The notes under the pieces: generated by a model
Databases searched by the model: none
Told to the model about the DNA's origin: nothing
The model's input: only the letters and a program-made list of their open reading frames with translations
Assembly (NCBI GenBank): GCA_965203175.1
Contig: OZ241867.1
Coordinates: 4,800,001-4,864,000, forward strand
Origin: Candidatus Latescibacterota bacterium
GTDB taxonomy: Bacteria; Latescibacterota; UBA2968; UBA8231
Length of the DNA: 64,000 nt
Direction of reading: 5' to 3'
Part shown: one piece after another, positions 19,689 through 29,157 of the stretch
How the letters are laid out: every line of letters starts with the position of its first letter
Numbering within the stretch: position 1 is the stretch's first letter
Program-made: the position numbers and the translations under genes

Positions 19689-22049
19689 ATGCGACCCCTG
19701 CTAATTTTGGTCCTCTGCTCCGCGACGGCCCTCGGTGCCGATGCTCTCCGCTTCGCCGATGTCGACGCGTGGTCGACGTGGGACATGCCCTATGGGCTGG
19801 TCGAGTTCGGCGACGCGGGCCAACTGCAACTGGTCAAATACCGCAAAGACATCAACGCCGTGGCCAACGCTCCGCTCTTTACCCACGGCACCCGGTCGCG
19901 GGGCGAGGCAGTAGCGGGCGGCATCTGGAAGGCCGGCAGCAATCCCGACGCTGCCGAACGGACCATCGACGGCGACCCGGCCACCTTCTGGCAAGCAGCA
20001 CCCAACGACGCCCTTGACGACTGGTTCGTGCAGGTCGATCTAGGCCGCGCGGTGCTGGCCAAGGAAATCCGCCTCACCTTCCCCGACAAGGAGGGCGCCC
20101 GCCCCTTCCGCCAGTTCACCGTCTTCACCGCCACCGGCATCACTTCCGACCCTCTCAACGACGTCTTCATCTACCGGCCGGTCTATTTTACCACCCGTCC
20201 CAACGAGGCTACTTCCATCGCGGTCCCCCTGGCCTTCGACCTCCTGGATACCGCGCAAGTCGTCGACCGCAACCTCGACATCGAGCCCGCTGACATCGCC
20301 AATTTTCGCCTCGTCCAGTACATCAACTTCACTGTCGAGGACTTCGATCCCGAGGGCGCGCTGGCCGAGATCGAAGTCGTCGCTGTCGGCGACAATGTCA
20401 GCCTCGGCACGCTCAACCGTGGCATTGTCCTCGACGGGCTCACTGCCCGCGGCAACGAAGGCATCCTCGACGCCGACATGAATACCGGCAACGCCATCAT
20501 TCCCACCGCCTATGAGGGGCGCGTGCGCTCCTGGCAGGAACAAGGCACCTGGTTTTACGTCGACCTTGGCGCCACCTTCTGGCTCGACGAACTCTTCATC
20601 TACGTGGTCAGCCCCCGCGAGGGTACTGTCGGAAGTTTGGCTGGCCCGCCTCGGGGATTTAAGTTCCTACACTCGGACGGCACGCGTCTAACTAGCTCCG
20701 AGCTGCCCACTCCCGAGGCCTTCGACTTTACCACCCTCATCGACCAGCCCGACCTCGCCATCGGTCAATACTACAGTGGTCGTGGTATTCGCTACCTGCG
20801 CTACGCCTTCGCGCCGCGCCGCATCCGCTATCTGTTCTGGCACCCCCATACGACCCAAGGTTGGGCCTCGCGCTGGTACGAGATGATGCTGTTCTCCCCA
20901 GGCCATCCCGCCCAAGTGGTATTGCGCTCCCCCTTTATCAACCTTGGAGAAACCGCCGGCGACGGACGTCCGAAAGTCATCAGCAACCTTTCATGGGATG
21001 CTGATCTTCCCCCCGGAACGCGCATCGAACTGCGTTCGCGCTCGGGCAATACCCAAGGCGCTGTCTATACTTTTCACAATAAGATCGGTGAGGTTATTAC
21101 AGAAGAAAAATGGCTCAGTTCACCGAAAGTGCTCAGAGGGCCGGTCGATACAACCGTTGTAGTAAGCGAGGACTGGGACGAGTGGAGTGAGGAATACACT
21201 TTTTCCGGCGAAGCCTTCAAATCGCAAAGCCCGCGCCGCTTCGTGCAGTTGGAGATGATCCTCTCGACCGACGATCCGGACGTAGCACCCGAGGTCTCTT
21301 CGCTCTCCGTCGAATACGAGGCCGCGCTCTTGCAGGGGGCGTTGGGCCGCGTCGAGCCCCGCAACGCCCGGCCCAACGAGGACACCCGCTTCACCTATAC
21401 GCTTGCGCCTGCCGGCAACGCCGAGGACCCCGGTTTCGACCTGATGCGCTTCGCTTTTTCCTGGGCGGCGTCCGATATCGACGTGTGGATAGGCGGCGCG
21501 GTTGTCGAACCGACCTTTGTCGACATTGGAGTCGATTCCTTGCTCATCGGCCTGCCCTTCACCGTAAAGTCCGACTCAGTCCAGATCAGTTTCACTACCC
21601 GCGTAGTACACAACGCCACGCTCTTCGGCCTAGATCTAGGTTCGAGTGAACGGCCCGACTTGTGGCAATCGGTCGAGGCGGAAACGCGCCGCGCCAATAT
21701 AGTCATGTTACCCGCCCTAGCAGATGCCACCCAGCTCATCGACGAACTCTCGCTCTCCTCTCCCGTGCTAACCCCCAACGGCGACGGTGCCAACGATGAA
21801 ATCCAGATCCGCTTTGTCGCCTTTAAGGTGACGGGGCAGACGCCCCGGGTGTTTATATACGATCTAGCCGGACGCCCAGTATCAGAACTCCCACCACCGA
21901 CTGTACAAGGCGCAGCTTACGTCTTTAGCTGGACGGGTCGCGATGCGGCTGGGAACCTTGTGCGGCCGGGTGCCTATCTCTGTCGCATAGACCTAGGTGC
22001 CGACGCGGGTGTAGACACCACCCTGCGCACCGTTGCCGTCGCCTATTGA
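19689..22049 (+). CDS. Secreted discoidin-like / FlgD-Ig-tailed protein
   Basis: Signal peptide; IDGDPATFW..VDLG; C-terminal LTPNGDGAND..IYDLAGR..WTGRD..G..V.PGAY. Confidence 0.8.
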   Translation: MRPLLILVLCSATALGADALRFADVDAWSTWDMPYGLVEFGDAGQLQLVKYRKDINAVANAPLFTHGTRSRGEAVAGGIWKAGSNPDAAERTIDGDPATFWQAAPNDALDDWFVQVDLGRAVLAKEIRLTFPDKEGARPFRQFTVFTATGITSDPLNDVFIYRPVYFTTRPNEATSIAVPLAFDLLDTAQVVDRNLDIEPADIANFRLVQYINFTVEDFDPEGALAEIEVVAVGDNVSLGTLNRGIVLDGLTARGNEGILDADMNTGNAIIPTAYEGRVRSWQEQGTWFYVDLGATFWLDELFIYVVSPREGTVGSLAGPPRGFKFLHSDGTRLTSSELPTPEAFDFTTLIDQPDLAIGQYYSGRGIRYLRYAFAPRRIRYLFWHPHTTQGWASRWYEMMLFSPGHPAQVVLRSPFINLGETAGDGRPKVISNLSWDADLPPGTRIELRSRSGNTQGAVYTFHNKIGEVITEEKWLSSPKVLRGPVDTTVVVSEDWDEWSEEYTFSGEAFKSQSPRRFVQLEMILSTDDPDVAPEVSSLSVEYEAALLQGALGRVEPRNARPNEDTRFTYTLAPAGNAEDPGFDLMRFAFSWAASDIDVWIGGAVVEPTFVDIGVDSLLIGLPFTVKSDSVQISFTTRVVHNATLFGLDLGSSERPDLWQSVEAETRRANIVMLPALADATQLIDELSLSSPVLTPNGDGANDEIQIRFVAFKVTGQTPRVFIYDLAGRPVSELPPPTVQGAAYVFSWTGRDAAGNLVRPGAYLCRIDLGADAGVDTTLRTVAVAY

Positions 22050-22059
22050 GCTGGCTGGC

Positions 22060-22090
22060 TTGACTATGTTATTCTGAGCATGTATAAAAT
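22060..22090 (+). promoter_or_regulatory. sigma70-type promoter of the TA pair
   Basis: TTGACT (22060) - 17 bp - TATAAA (22083). Confidence 0.6.
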
Positions 22091-22122
22091 AACAGAAGTT
22101 GAAACCTAATCAGGGCAACATC

Positions 22123-22374
22123 ATGGAAACTCCGCTGCGAGCAATAGAACTGATCGGCACAATTGACGAAAAGGGGCAACTGCATTTGGACGCGCCAATC
22201 TCCGCAATTGGCCAAGGGCGAGTTCGCGTTATTCTACTCCCGGAAGAAGCTGAAATCGGGGAAAAGGAGTGGCTAAAAGCTGCGGCTAGTAATCCTGCTT
22301 TTGACTTCCTAAAAGATCCAGCCGAAGACATTTATACGCTGGATGATGGACAGCCATTCAATGACCAGAGGTAA
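22123..22374 (+). CDS. Putative antitoxin
   Basis: Small acidic ORF ending WLKAAASNPAFDFLKDPAEDIY; overlaps the downstream toxin gene. Confidence 0.75.
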   Translation: METPLRAIELIGTIDEKGQLHLDAPISAIGQGRVRVILLPEEAEIGEKEWLKAAASNPAFDFLKDPAEDIYTLDDGQPFNDQR

Positions 22375-22705
22375 AATCGTCCTCGTTCCCTTCCCTTTCG
22401 ATGATCTATCAACTTCCAAAGTAAGACCCGCCGTTTGTCTGACCGAGCCAACGGGTCCGCAGCGCCATGTTGTGCTCGCCTTTATTACCAGCCAAGCTCC
22501 CGACCAATTACTCGATTCAGATGTGCTGCTGAGCGACCAGACCTCTGATTTCCCCGCGACCGGTCTGCGTCTTTCTTCTACAATACGCTTGCACCGTTTG
22601 CTGACGATCTTTACTTCACTGATTCAACGTGAGTTGGGCCGATTGCCCAATTCAGTACAAAATGAAGTAGCCGAAAAACTCCGTACGCTTTTTCGATTAA
22701 GTTGA
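22361..22705 (+). CDS. mazF: PemK/MazF-family toxin
   Basis: MTRGKIVLVPFPFDDLSTSKVRPAV, AFITS, TGL..S.IR. Confidence 0.9.
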   Translation: MTRGKIVLVPFPFDDLSTSKVRPAVCLTEPTGPQRHVVLAFITSQAPDQLLDSDVLLSDQTSDFPATGLRLSSTIRLHRLLTIFTSLIQRELGRLPNSVQNEVAEKLRTLFRLS

Positions 22706-22768
22706 AAACTGAAAGCACCAGTTCCGCATCTCTAGTTCACCCATCACCCCCGATCCATAAGCCGCAGT

Positions 22769-24022
22769 ATGCCAGCCCAATATCTGCGAACAATTCGCCA
22801 TTTCAATCGCGACATCCGTTTGTATCTGTTTGCTTCTGGGCTAATTGGATTTTGCCTATTCAGCGGCATTTACTCGCTATTGTTCAATTTATATCTGCTG
22901 CGGCTGGGCTACGGTCCTGCATTCGTCGGCCAAGTCAACGCCGTCGGTGGCTTAGCCTTTGCCCTATCCAGCCTACCGAGCAGTTTCCTCGGCAGCCGTT
23001 GGGGCAATCGCCGCACCATGATCCTCGGCCTTGGCTTGGCCGTCGTCGGCCATGCGCTGCTGTCGCAAGCTGAATTCGTCCCTACTATCCACCAGCAAAG
23101 CTTCATTCTCGGCATGAACTCCCTCGGATTACTCGGCATCTCGCTGTATATCGTCAATGGCTACCCCTACTTGATGAGGGTCTCCAGCGCCGCACAGCGC
23201 CACCACGTATTCTCGCTCCAAGCCGCCCTCTTTCCCCTTGCGGGTTTCGCGGGCAGTTTGGTCGGAGGGTTCCTGCCGGGCGGCTTTGCCAGCCTCTTAC
23301 AACTTTCCCTCGACCATCCTGCCCCCTATCGGCATACATTGCTCTGCGCCTCCCTGCTACTCACCCCAGGCGTATTTGCCCTTGTGGCGACGAGTCAAGA
23401 GACTCGCGAACACCAAGAGGACACTCCAACGGAAGCTGCCCCCTTGCCGCTGAAGCTCATCCTGGTAATCTCTTTTATTGCGTTTCTTTATACTGCCAGT
23501 GAAGGTGCAGTCCGCACTTTTTTAAATGTCTATCTAGATGACGCATTAAATGCGAGTACCGCTCTAATTGGCACGCTGGCTGCCTCGGGACAATTACTCG
23601 CCACTCCCGCCGCCCTCATGATGCCCTTTCTAGTGCAGCGTTTTGGTCGCACCCGCACGTTCAATGGAGCGGTTTTGTGCTCGGCTCTGATATTGGTCCC
23701 CCTCGCTTTAATTCCCCATTGGGCCATTGCCGGTTTATGCCTTATGGGCACGATGTGCCTAGCGGGGATCCGCCGACCAGCCTTCACCGTTTTCCAACAA
23801 GAAATGATGCCACTGCGCTGGCGGACAGCGATGGCCGGGGCAGCGGCCACCATGACCGGCTTTGGTTATGCCGGCATATCTCTAGGCGGGGGATATATGA
23901 TTGAAGCGGTGGGATATCGCGCTCTATTTCTTATGGCAGGTTGCTTAACTGCCTCTGGCGCAGCGATTTTTTGGCTCTGTTTTAGGCATCGCGATGATCA
24001 TGGTGAAGCAGACTCTGGCTAA
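22769..24022 (+). CDS. MFS transporter
   Basis: About 12 hydrophobic segments; LGSRWGNRR and LVQRFGRTR motif-A-like loops. Confidence 0.85.
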   Translation: MPAQYLRTIRHFNRDIRLYLFASGLIGFCLFSGIYSLLFNLYLLRLGYGPAFVGQVNAVGGLAFALSSLPSSFLGSRWGNRRTMILGLGLAVVGHALLSQAEFVPTIHQQSFILGMNSLGLLGISLYIVNGYPYLMRVSSAAQRHHVFSLQAALFPLAGFAGSLVGGFLPGGFASLLQLSLDHPAPYRHTLLCASLLLTPGVFALVATSQETREHQEDTPTEAAPLPLKLILVISFIAFLYTASEGAVRTFLNVYLDDALNASTALIGTLAASGQLLATPAALMMPFLVQRFGRTRTFNGAVLCSALILVPLALIPHWAIAGLCLMGTMCLAGIRRPAFTVFQQEMMPLRWRTAMAGAAATMTGFGYAGISLGGGYMIEAVGYRALFLMAGCLTASGAAIFWLCFRHRDDHGEADSG

Positions 24023-24051
24023 CGTTCTCGTCGGAGTCGCAAGCAACCACC

Positions 24052-24093
24052 GCCTAAAACATCGCAGTAGAACCGCCTAGCCTTCTCTAGATC
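24052..24093 (-). pseudogene. VOC/glyoxalase N-terminal relic
   Basis: Reads DLEKARRFYCDVLG with no start codon and a stop 11 codons later. Confidence 0.55.
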
Positions 24094-24120
24094 CGTCGAG
24101 TAAAGTTTGAGCGGCCAATC

Positions 24121-25857
24121 TTAAACCAGCGCGTCGGCTAGCTCTTGGGCCTGGACCATGCGGGCGTAGCAACCATCTCGGGCCAGCAAATCTTGGTGGG
24201 TGCCGCGCTCGACGATTCGGCCTTGGTCCAGCACTAAGATCAGATCGGCCCGGCGCACAGTGGACAAGCGGTGGGCAATGACCAAGGTCGTGCGATTGTA
24301 TATGAGCCGCTGGACAGCTTCTTGGATGAGGACCTCAGTTGCCGTGTCCACTGAGGAAGTGGCTTCGTCGAGTAACAGCACCGGGGCATTTTTGAGCAAG
24401 GCGCGGGCAATGGAGAGACGCTGCTTTTGTCCGCCCGACAGGCGCACGCCGCGCTCGCCGATCAAGGTGTTGTAGCCTTCGGGCAGATCGCAGATGAATT
24501 CCTCGGCATTGGCCGCTCGGGCCGCTTCCTCCATGTCGGCTTGGCTGGCTTCGGGGCGGCCAAAGAGGATATTGTCGCGCACGGTGCCGTGGAAGAGAAA
24601 TACGTCTTGGGGAACGGAGGCGATGTGGCCGCGCAGATAATCCAAGGGCAGGATCCGCACATCGCGTCCTCCCAGTTGGACTTGGCCCTTCTGCGGGTCG
24701 TAGTAGCGCGGCACCAAGGCAGCAATGGTACTCTTGCCAGCGCCCGTGGGGCCAACCAAGGCCACCACCTGTCCGGCTTCTACCTGGAAATCAATATCGC
24801 GCAGCACGGGCTGATCTGGCTCGTAGCCAAAGGTGAGACTATCAAAGCGCACAGACCAGTCCAGATGGGCTGGAGCCACGGCATTGGGCGCGTCGACAAT
24901 AGTGGGTTTTTGCGCCAACAGGGCGAAAATCCGCTCGGTGCTGGAGGCTGCTTTCTGCAGCACATCGTTAATGGAGGCCAAGCGCAGAAAAGGCTCGTAG
25001 ATATGCGCCATATAGGCGACGAAGACAAACAGATCAGCCACGGAAATGCCGCCTTGCAGTGCATCAGTGCCCCCCGCCCAGATCACTAGCACCACCCCTA
25101 CCCCACCGGCTCCTTCGATTAGGCCGGAAGGAATAATCGAGATCTTGTTGGCGTCGATCATCCGGTCGCGGTACGTCCGGCTGCGGGCCTCAATGCTGCG
25201 GGCGCAGCGCTCTTCCTGGACAAACGACTTGATGACCGAGACGCCGGACAGGTAGTCCTGCACTTGGGCCACCAACTCGCCCAAGCCGCCCCGCACTCCA
25301 GCCCACATGCTCCGCACCCGCGAGACGTAGCGGAAGACGAGGAAGGCGGTCAGGGGGATGGGCAGCAGCGCGATGAGGGCGAGGCGGGCGTCGAGGACGA
25401 ACAGCACGGTCAACATGGCACCGGGAATGACCAAGGCGATGAAGGTCTCGGGAATGCCGTGGGCGATAAAGTCCTCCACGGTCTCCACGTCGTTGATGGA
25501 GCGGGACATGAGTTCGCCAGTGCGGCGCTGGTGGAAAAAGCGGTGCGGCATCCGTTGCAAATGGCGGTACACCCGATTCATGAGCCGGTGCATGACTTGA
25601 TAGGCAGCCACGTGCGAGTACAGACCGTACCCATAGCGCACCAAGCCCCGGATCAGGTAAGAGCCCAGCAACAAGAGCGATAGCTTCAGCAGACCAGCCG
25701 AGGAACCGCCTCCTTCGGTGAGCCATTGGATGAGGCGGCGGATGACCAAGGGCGGCAGCAAGTTCGCAGCGACAAAGAGGAATCCGCAGCCGATGGTCAG
25801 GGCCAGGAGGGTGCGTTGGGGACGGACGAGGCGATAGAACTGGCGGATGAAATTCAC
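24121..25857 (-). CDS. ABC exporter, fused permease/ATPase (MsbA-like)
   Basis: N-terminal TM domain; GPTGAGKS, LSGGQKQR, LLLDEATS. Confidence 0.95.
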   Translation of the reverse strand: MNFIRQFYRLVRPQRTLLALTIGCGFLFVAANLLPPLVIRRLIQWLTEGGGSSAGLLKLSLLLLGSYLIRGLVRYGYGLYSHVAAYQVMHRLMNRVYRHLQRMPHRFFHQRRTGELMSRSINDVETVEDFIAHGIPETFIALVIPGAMLTVLFVLDARLALIALLPIPLTAFLVFRYVSRVRSMWAGVRGGLGELVAQVQDYLSGVSVIKSFVQEERCARSIEARSRTYRDRMIDANKISIIPSGLIEGAGGVGVVLVIWAGGTDALQGGISVADLFVFVAYMAHIYEPFLRLASINDVLQKAASSTERIFALLAQKPTIVDAPNAVAPAHLDWSVRFDSLTFGYEPDQPVLRDIDFQVEAGQVVALVGPTGAGKSTIAALVPRYYDPQKGQVQLGGRDVRILPLDYLRGHIASVPQDVFLFHGTVRDNILFGRPEASQADMEEAARAANAEEFICDLPEGYNTLIGERGVRLSGGQKQRLSIARALLKNAPVLLLDEATSSVDTATEVLIQEAVQRLIYNRTTLVIAHRLSTVRRADLILVLDQGRIVERGTHQDLLARDGCYARMVQAQELADALV

Positions 25858-25891
25858 GGGGCACTCGGGCGAACGGTTTTTCTGACCAAGG

Positions 25892-27127
25892 TCAAAAATA
25901 GAACAGCAGCAGCGGGATTTCTACCTCGTCCGGGGTCAGCCCCCCGTGGGCACCGTGCTTTGTCATCTCGAATTTGTCTTTTTCGTACCACCAGACCGAC
26001 TCGCCGGCAAAGGGCAGGACGACCAAGTTGCCCACTCGGTCGAGAAAGCGCTGAGATAGCGGCAGAGGGCCAAAGAGGCCGGCTTCGATCAGATCCGCAG
26101 TACGACAAACTTGGGCACAGCCTTCGAGTTGACGGGTCAACAGGGCGTGGGCTTCGTCGAGCCGGTCGTCCTCGACATAGAGAAAGAAATCGCGGCACGC
26201 GCCGGCTGGCACTAAGGGACGGCCAGCGCGGTCGGTGCGCAGCATCGGCACCAAACCGGGAAAACGAATCTCGTCATTGAGATACACGGTGGTTTCCGGA
26301 TAGACCGAAGCCTGACCGTGATCGGCGATGAGGGCGAACAGAGTGCGCTGCAAACGACCAGCCAGCGGACGCCAAAAGAGCCGCTCGACCGCGGTCAGAA
26401 AGGTGTCGATTTCGACCTGAAACTGCGGCGAATCCGGGCCGTAGCAGTGGCCTATAAGGTCGATCTGGTCGAAGTAGAACAGGAAATAAGCCGGCCCTGA
26501 ACGCGGCTTTTGCAGTAGCGTGGCCAGATTGGTCAGCGCCTCGGAAAAGGTGTAGCAGGGATGGACTTGGGCTCCCTGCAAGTAGGTGTCAGAGCAGGTC
26601 GAAGGAGTAAAAGCCCGGCTTTGAAAAACGAAACTCTCGACCCCTAACTGCGCCAACTCTTGGTATAATGTGCCTTGGGGAAAGACGGTCTGGGCCGCTT
26701 CCCGAGGCAGCGAATTAGGATGTTTGCTGTCGGCTCGGGCAAAAGGCAGCGGGGTGATAATAGCGTCGAGGCTCGGCTCGTAGTACTGCCATTCAAAAAC
26801 GCCGCTACGCCCGGGCGGCAGTCCCGTGTGAATACAGGTGATGTGGGCGGCGGTAGTAGAAGGAAACTGCGCGGTAAGACGATTCACCGATCCTTCGCGG
26901 CCAATATCGCCGAGGAAGGGATAGCGGTCCTGGTAGCGCTCAAAGAAGCGCCAGCCAAAGGAGTCGATAAAAAAGAGCACCACCGTGTCGCAAGGCTCTA
27001 CAGCCGTCAGCAGCGCCGGGTCGAGGCTGGGCGATCCTTGGCCGGTCAGGATCCATTTGATGGTGGCCGGCAGGTCGGCAAAACAGTGGCCGTTATAGCG
27101 GGGGCGGATGAAGCGGTCGTCGAGCAC
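25892..27127 (-). CDS. Alkaline phosphatase superfamily (type I phosphodiesterase/NPP-like)
   Basis: FFIDSFG, FPSTTA, DLIGH, ADHG, HGGL. Confidence 0.85.
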   Translation of the reverse strand: MLDDRFIRPRYNGHCFADLPATIKWILTGQGSPSLDPALLTAVEPCDTVVLFFIDSFGWRFFERYQDRYPFLGDIGREGSVNRLTAQFPSTTAAHITCIHTGLPPGRSGVFEWQYYEPSLDAIITPLPFARADSKHPNSLPREAAQTVFPQGTLYQELAQLGVESFVFQSRAFTPSTCSDTYLQGAQVHPCYTFSEALTNLATLLQKPRSGPAYFLFYFDQIDLIGHCYGPDSPQFQVEIDTFLTAVERLFWRPLAGRLQRTLFALIADHGQASVYPETTVYLNDEIRFPGLVPMLRTDRAGRPLVPAGACRDFFLYVEDDRLDEAHALLTRQLEGCAQVCRTADLIEAGLFGPLPLSQRFLDRVGNLVVLPFAGESVWWYEKDKFEMTKHGAHGGLTPDEVEIPLLLFYF

Positions 27128-27139
27128 GATGCGCGAGCT

Positions 27140-28000
27140 TTACAAAAAGCGCGTAATCCCAAAGCCCAAGCGCCAGTTGTCAGGGCCCGCGTCGTCGGGT
27201 GCCCCCACCAAGTACTGGGCCGGACTAAGGCGCGTATTATTGGTGGCGAATATGTAAAAGGTATGCCCTCCCGTATCTATGGACAGGCCCCAAGCTAGCG
27301 AATTGTGCGAGCGGCCCGTTTCGCCCGGCAATAAAATGCCTTGGTATCCGGTCAGGGTCGGACTGTACTCCAACCACACGCCCCACATATCGTCAAAGTA
27401 ATACTGGACGTAGGTTCCCAGCGTAAAGGTGTACTGCGTATCGACGCTGAAAACGGCGCTGTTGTACAGATACGAAGGCACTATCCCTATGCCCAACTTT
27501 TCATCCAGCAGCGCGTTGAAAATCAACTGCCCATAGTACTGAAAATTGTCAGCCGCAGCCGCCTTGCGCTTGACAATAGCCGGCATATCCGTATTCCAAG
27601 CTAGGCCGACGTTTAGGCCCAAAACCGCTGGCAAGCGCTCGTGGGGGAATTGCAGCCAATGGTACTGCAACTGCAGATCCAAATTGTCCAGCATATTACT
27701 CCGCCCCAAAGTCGCCATCAGCCGGTCGCTGAGGCCGTAACTAAGCGAGGTGCGGATATTGGCTGGCCCATCAAAACCGAAATTGGCCTTGTACCCCTCG
27801 TCAATGGCCGGGAGAAAGCGGTGCGAGATCTCGTAGTGGAAATCGCCTTGGGACAGCGTTTCCGCGGTGGGGTAATTGGCCGTCCTGATAGCGCTGAACA
27901 ACTCCAGCCGAGTCTCGGTCGGCACACTCGCCTGCCACGACGGCTGGGCACCGGCCAAAGCCGGCAACAGCATTCCCAAGCACAAGACGCGAATGTTCAC
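27140..28000 (-). CDS. DUF5777-like beta-barrel protein
   Basis: ISHRF, FGFDG.ANI, IDTGGHTF..F.TN, C-terminal RLGFGITRFL. Confidence 0.75.
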   Translation of the reverse strand: MNIRVLCLGMLLPALAGAQPSWQASVPTETRLELFSAIRTANYPTAETLSQGDFHYEISHRFLPAIDEGYKANFGFDGPANIRTSLSYGLSDRLMATLGRSNMLDNLDLQLQYHWLQFPHERLPAVLGLNVGLAWNTDMPAIVKRKAAAADNFQYYGQLIFNALLDEKLGIGIVPSYLYNSAVFSVDTQYTFTLGTYVQYYFDDMWGVWLEYSPTLTGYQGILLPGETGRSHNSLAWGLSIDTGGHTFYIFATNNTRLSPAQYLVGAPDDAGPDNWRLGFGITRFL

Positions 28001-28017
28001 GGTCAGTCCCTCCTGCC

Positions 28018-28590
28018 CTATTGTACGTGTTTTAAGTAGAACGAGACCTCGACGGCAATTTCCTGACTCACCTTGACAAAGGCCGCTAGGGAAGGTGCCT
28101 CTATGTTGTAGTCGGCCAGTTTAATGGTGAAAGCCGCCTCGACCTTGGAGCGCCCCTCTTCCACTACTACGGTACCGGGCACTTCTACGACACGGTCCAC
28201 CCCGTGCAAAGACAAGATCCCCTTGGTTTTGACGCGGTAGGCGACCACCGTAGAATCGACCGCGGCGTGTTCGGCGATCTTCCCTTTGTACACGGCCTTG
28301 GGCCACTGGTCCGTGTCCAGCACTTGGCGCATATCGCGGTCCCGCTTGCCGATGCCCGTATCAAAGCTGGCTAGGTCCACTTCAAAATGCAGTTGGTCCT
28401 TTGCCGCAAAAATCGGCTCGCCTTCCCAATAGATAAAGCCGTCGATTTTATCGGTCGTGCCGGTAAAAGCAAGGGCCACCACTTTGGAAGTGAACGCGAT
28501 TTGGTTGCCCTCGGCCTTTTTATCGACGTGCCATTCGCCGCCGTGGACGGCTAGCGGCGAGCAGATCAGCAAGCAGATGAACCAGCGCAT
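28018..28590 (-). CDS. YceI-family periplasmic protein
   Basis: FDTGIGKRDRDM, GILSLHGV, F.IKLADYNI; signal peptide. Confidence 0.85.
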   Translation of the reverse strand: MRWFICLLICSPLAVHGGEWHVDKKAEGNQIAFTSKVVALAFTGTTDKIDGFIYWEGEPIFAAKDQLHFEVDLASFDTGIGKRDRDMRQVLDTDQWPKAVYKGKIAEHAAVDSTVVAYRVKTKGILSLHGVDRVVEVPGTVVVEEGRSKVEAAFTIKLADYNIEAPSLAAFVKVSQEIAVEVSFYLKHVQ

Positions 28591-28618
28591 GAGACAGAGC
28601 TTGCAGTTTAGAGGCGAA

Positions 28619-29029
28619 TTAGTCGTTGGGAGCCCCATTTTCTATCCAAGCGCGCACCGTTTCGAGCGCGTCCGGCGTCAGGTACGGCCCGCCGGGGGGC
28701 ATGCGGGATCCATCGATATCGGCGTCTGCCAAAAGTTTGAGATACAGGTAGCTGTTGTCGGGATCGCCCGGCTCGATCAGCGCTATGCCACGGCTGCTCT
28801 CCACATTGACGATGTTGTCGTATGCTTGACCCGCGGATAGGTTGGGCCAGGCGCTGTCGCTGTGGCAGCCGCTCAAAGCACAGGAAACATCGAATACCGT
28901 CTCTTGCACCTGCGCAAAGGTCGCCGGCCCTTCGGCGGCAGAGTCGAATACCATATCTGTACTCGTGGTCGGACCGGAACAAGACGTCCCCGTCCATACC
29001 AACGCGACGAGCACGACGAGCGCTTTCAT
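28619..29029 (-). CDS. Cytochrome c-like lipoprotein (CxxxxCH)
   Basis: Lipoprotein-like signal; CALSGCH; PGDPDNSYL; RMPPG; WIENGAPND. Confidence 0.75.
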   Translation of the reverse strand: MKALVVLVALVWTGTSCSGPTTSTDMVFDSAAEGPATFAQVQETVFDVSCALSGCHSDSAWPNLSAGQAYDNIVNVESSRGIALIEPGDPDNSYLYLKLLADADIDGSRMPPGGPYLTPDALETVRAWIENGAPND

Positions 29030-29157
29030 GGCCTTTTCTCCTTGGGATATACTACATCCGCAAGCTAACCACGCCGGTCTGGCCCTGCAACACGCGGGAG
29101 AATGGGCTTTTGAATTTAGAACGTACTAGTTCAGTTCAAGGGGCTCTGCTCAACTTC

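Noticed and set aside
22096-22707. 9-bp repeat aagttgaaa around the MazF-type TA pair
   Set aside because: Short, AT-rich and excludes the promoter; compatible with chance
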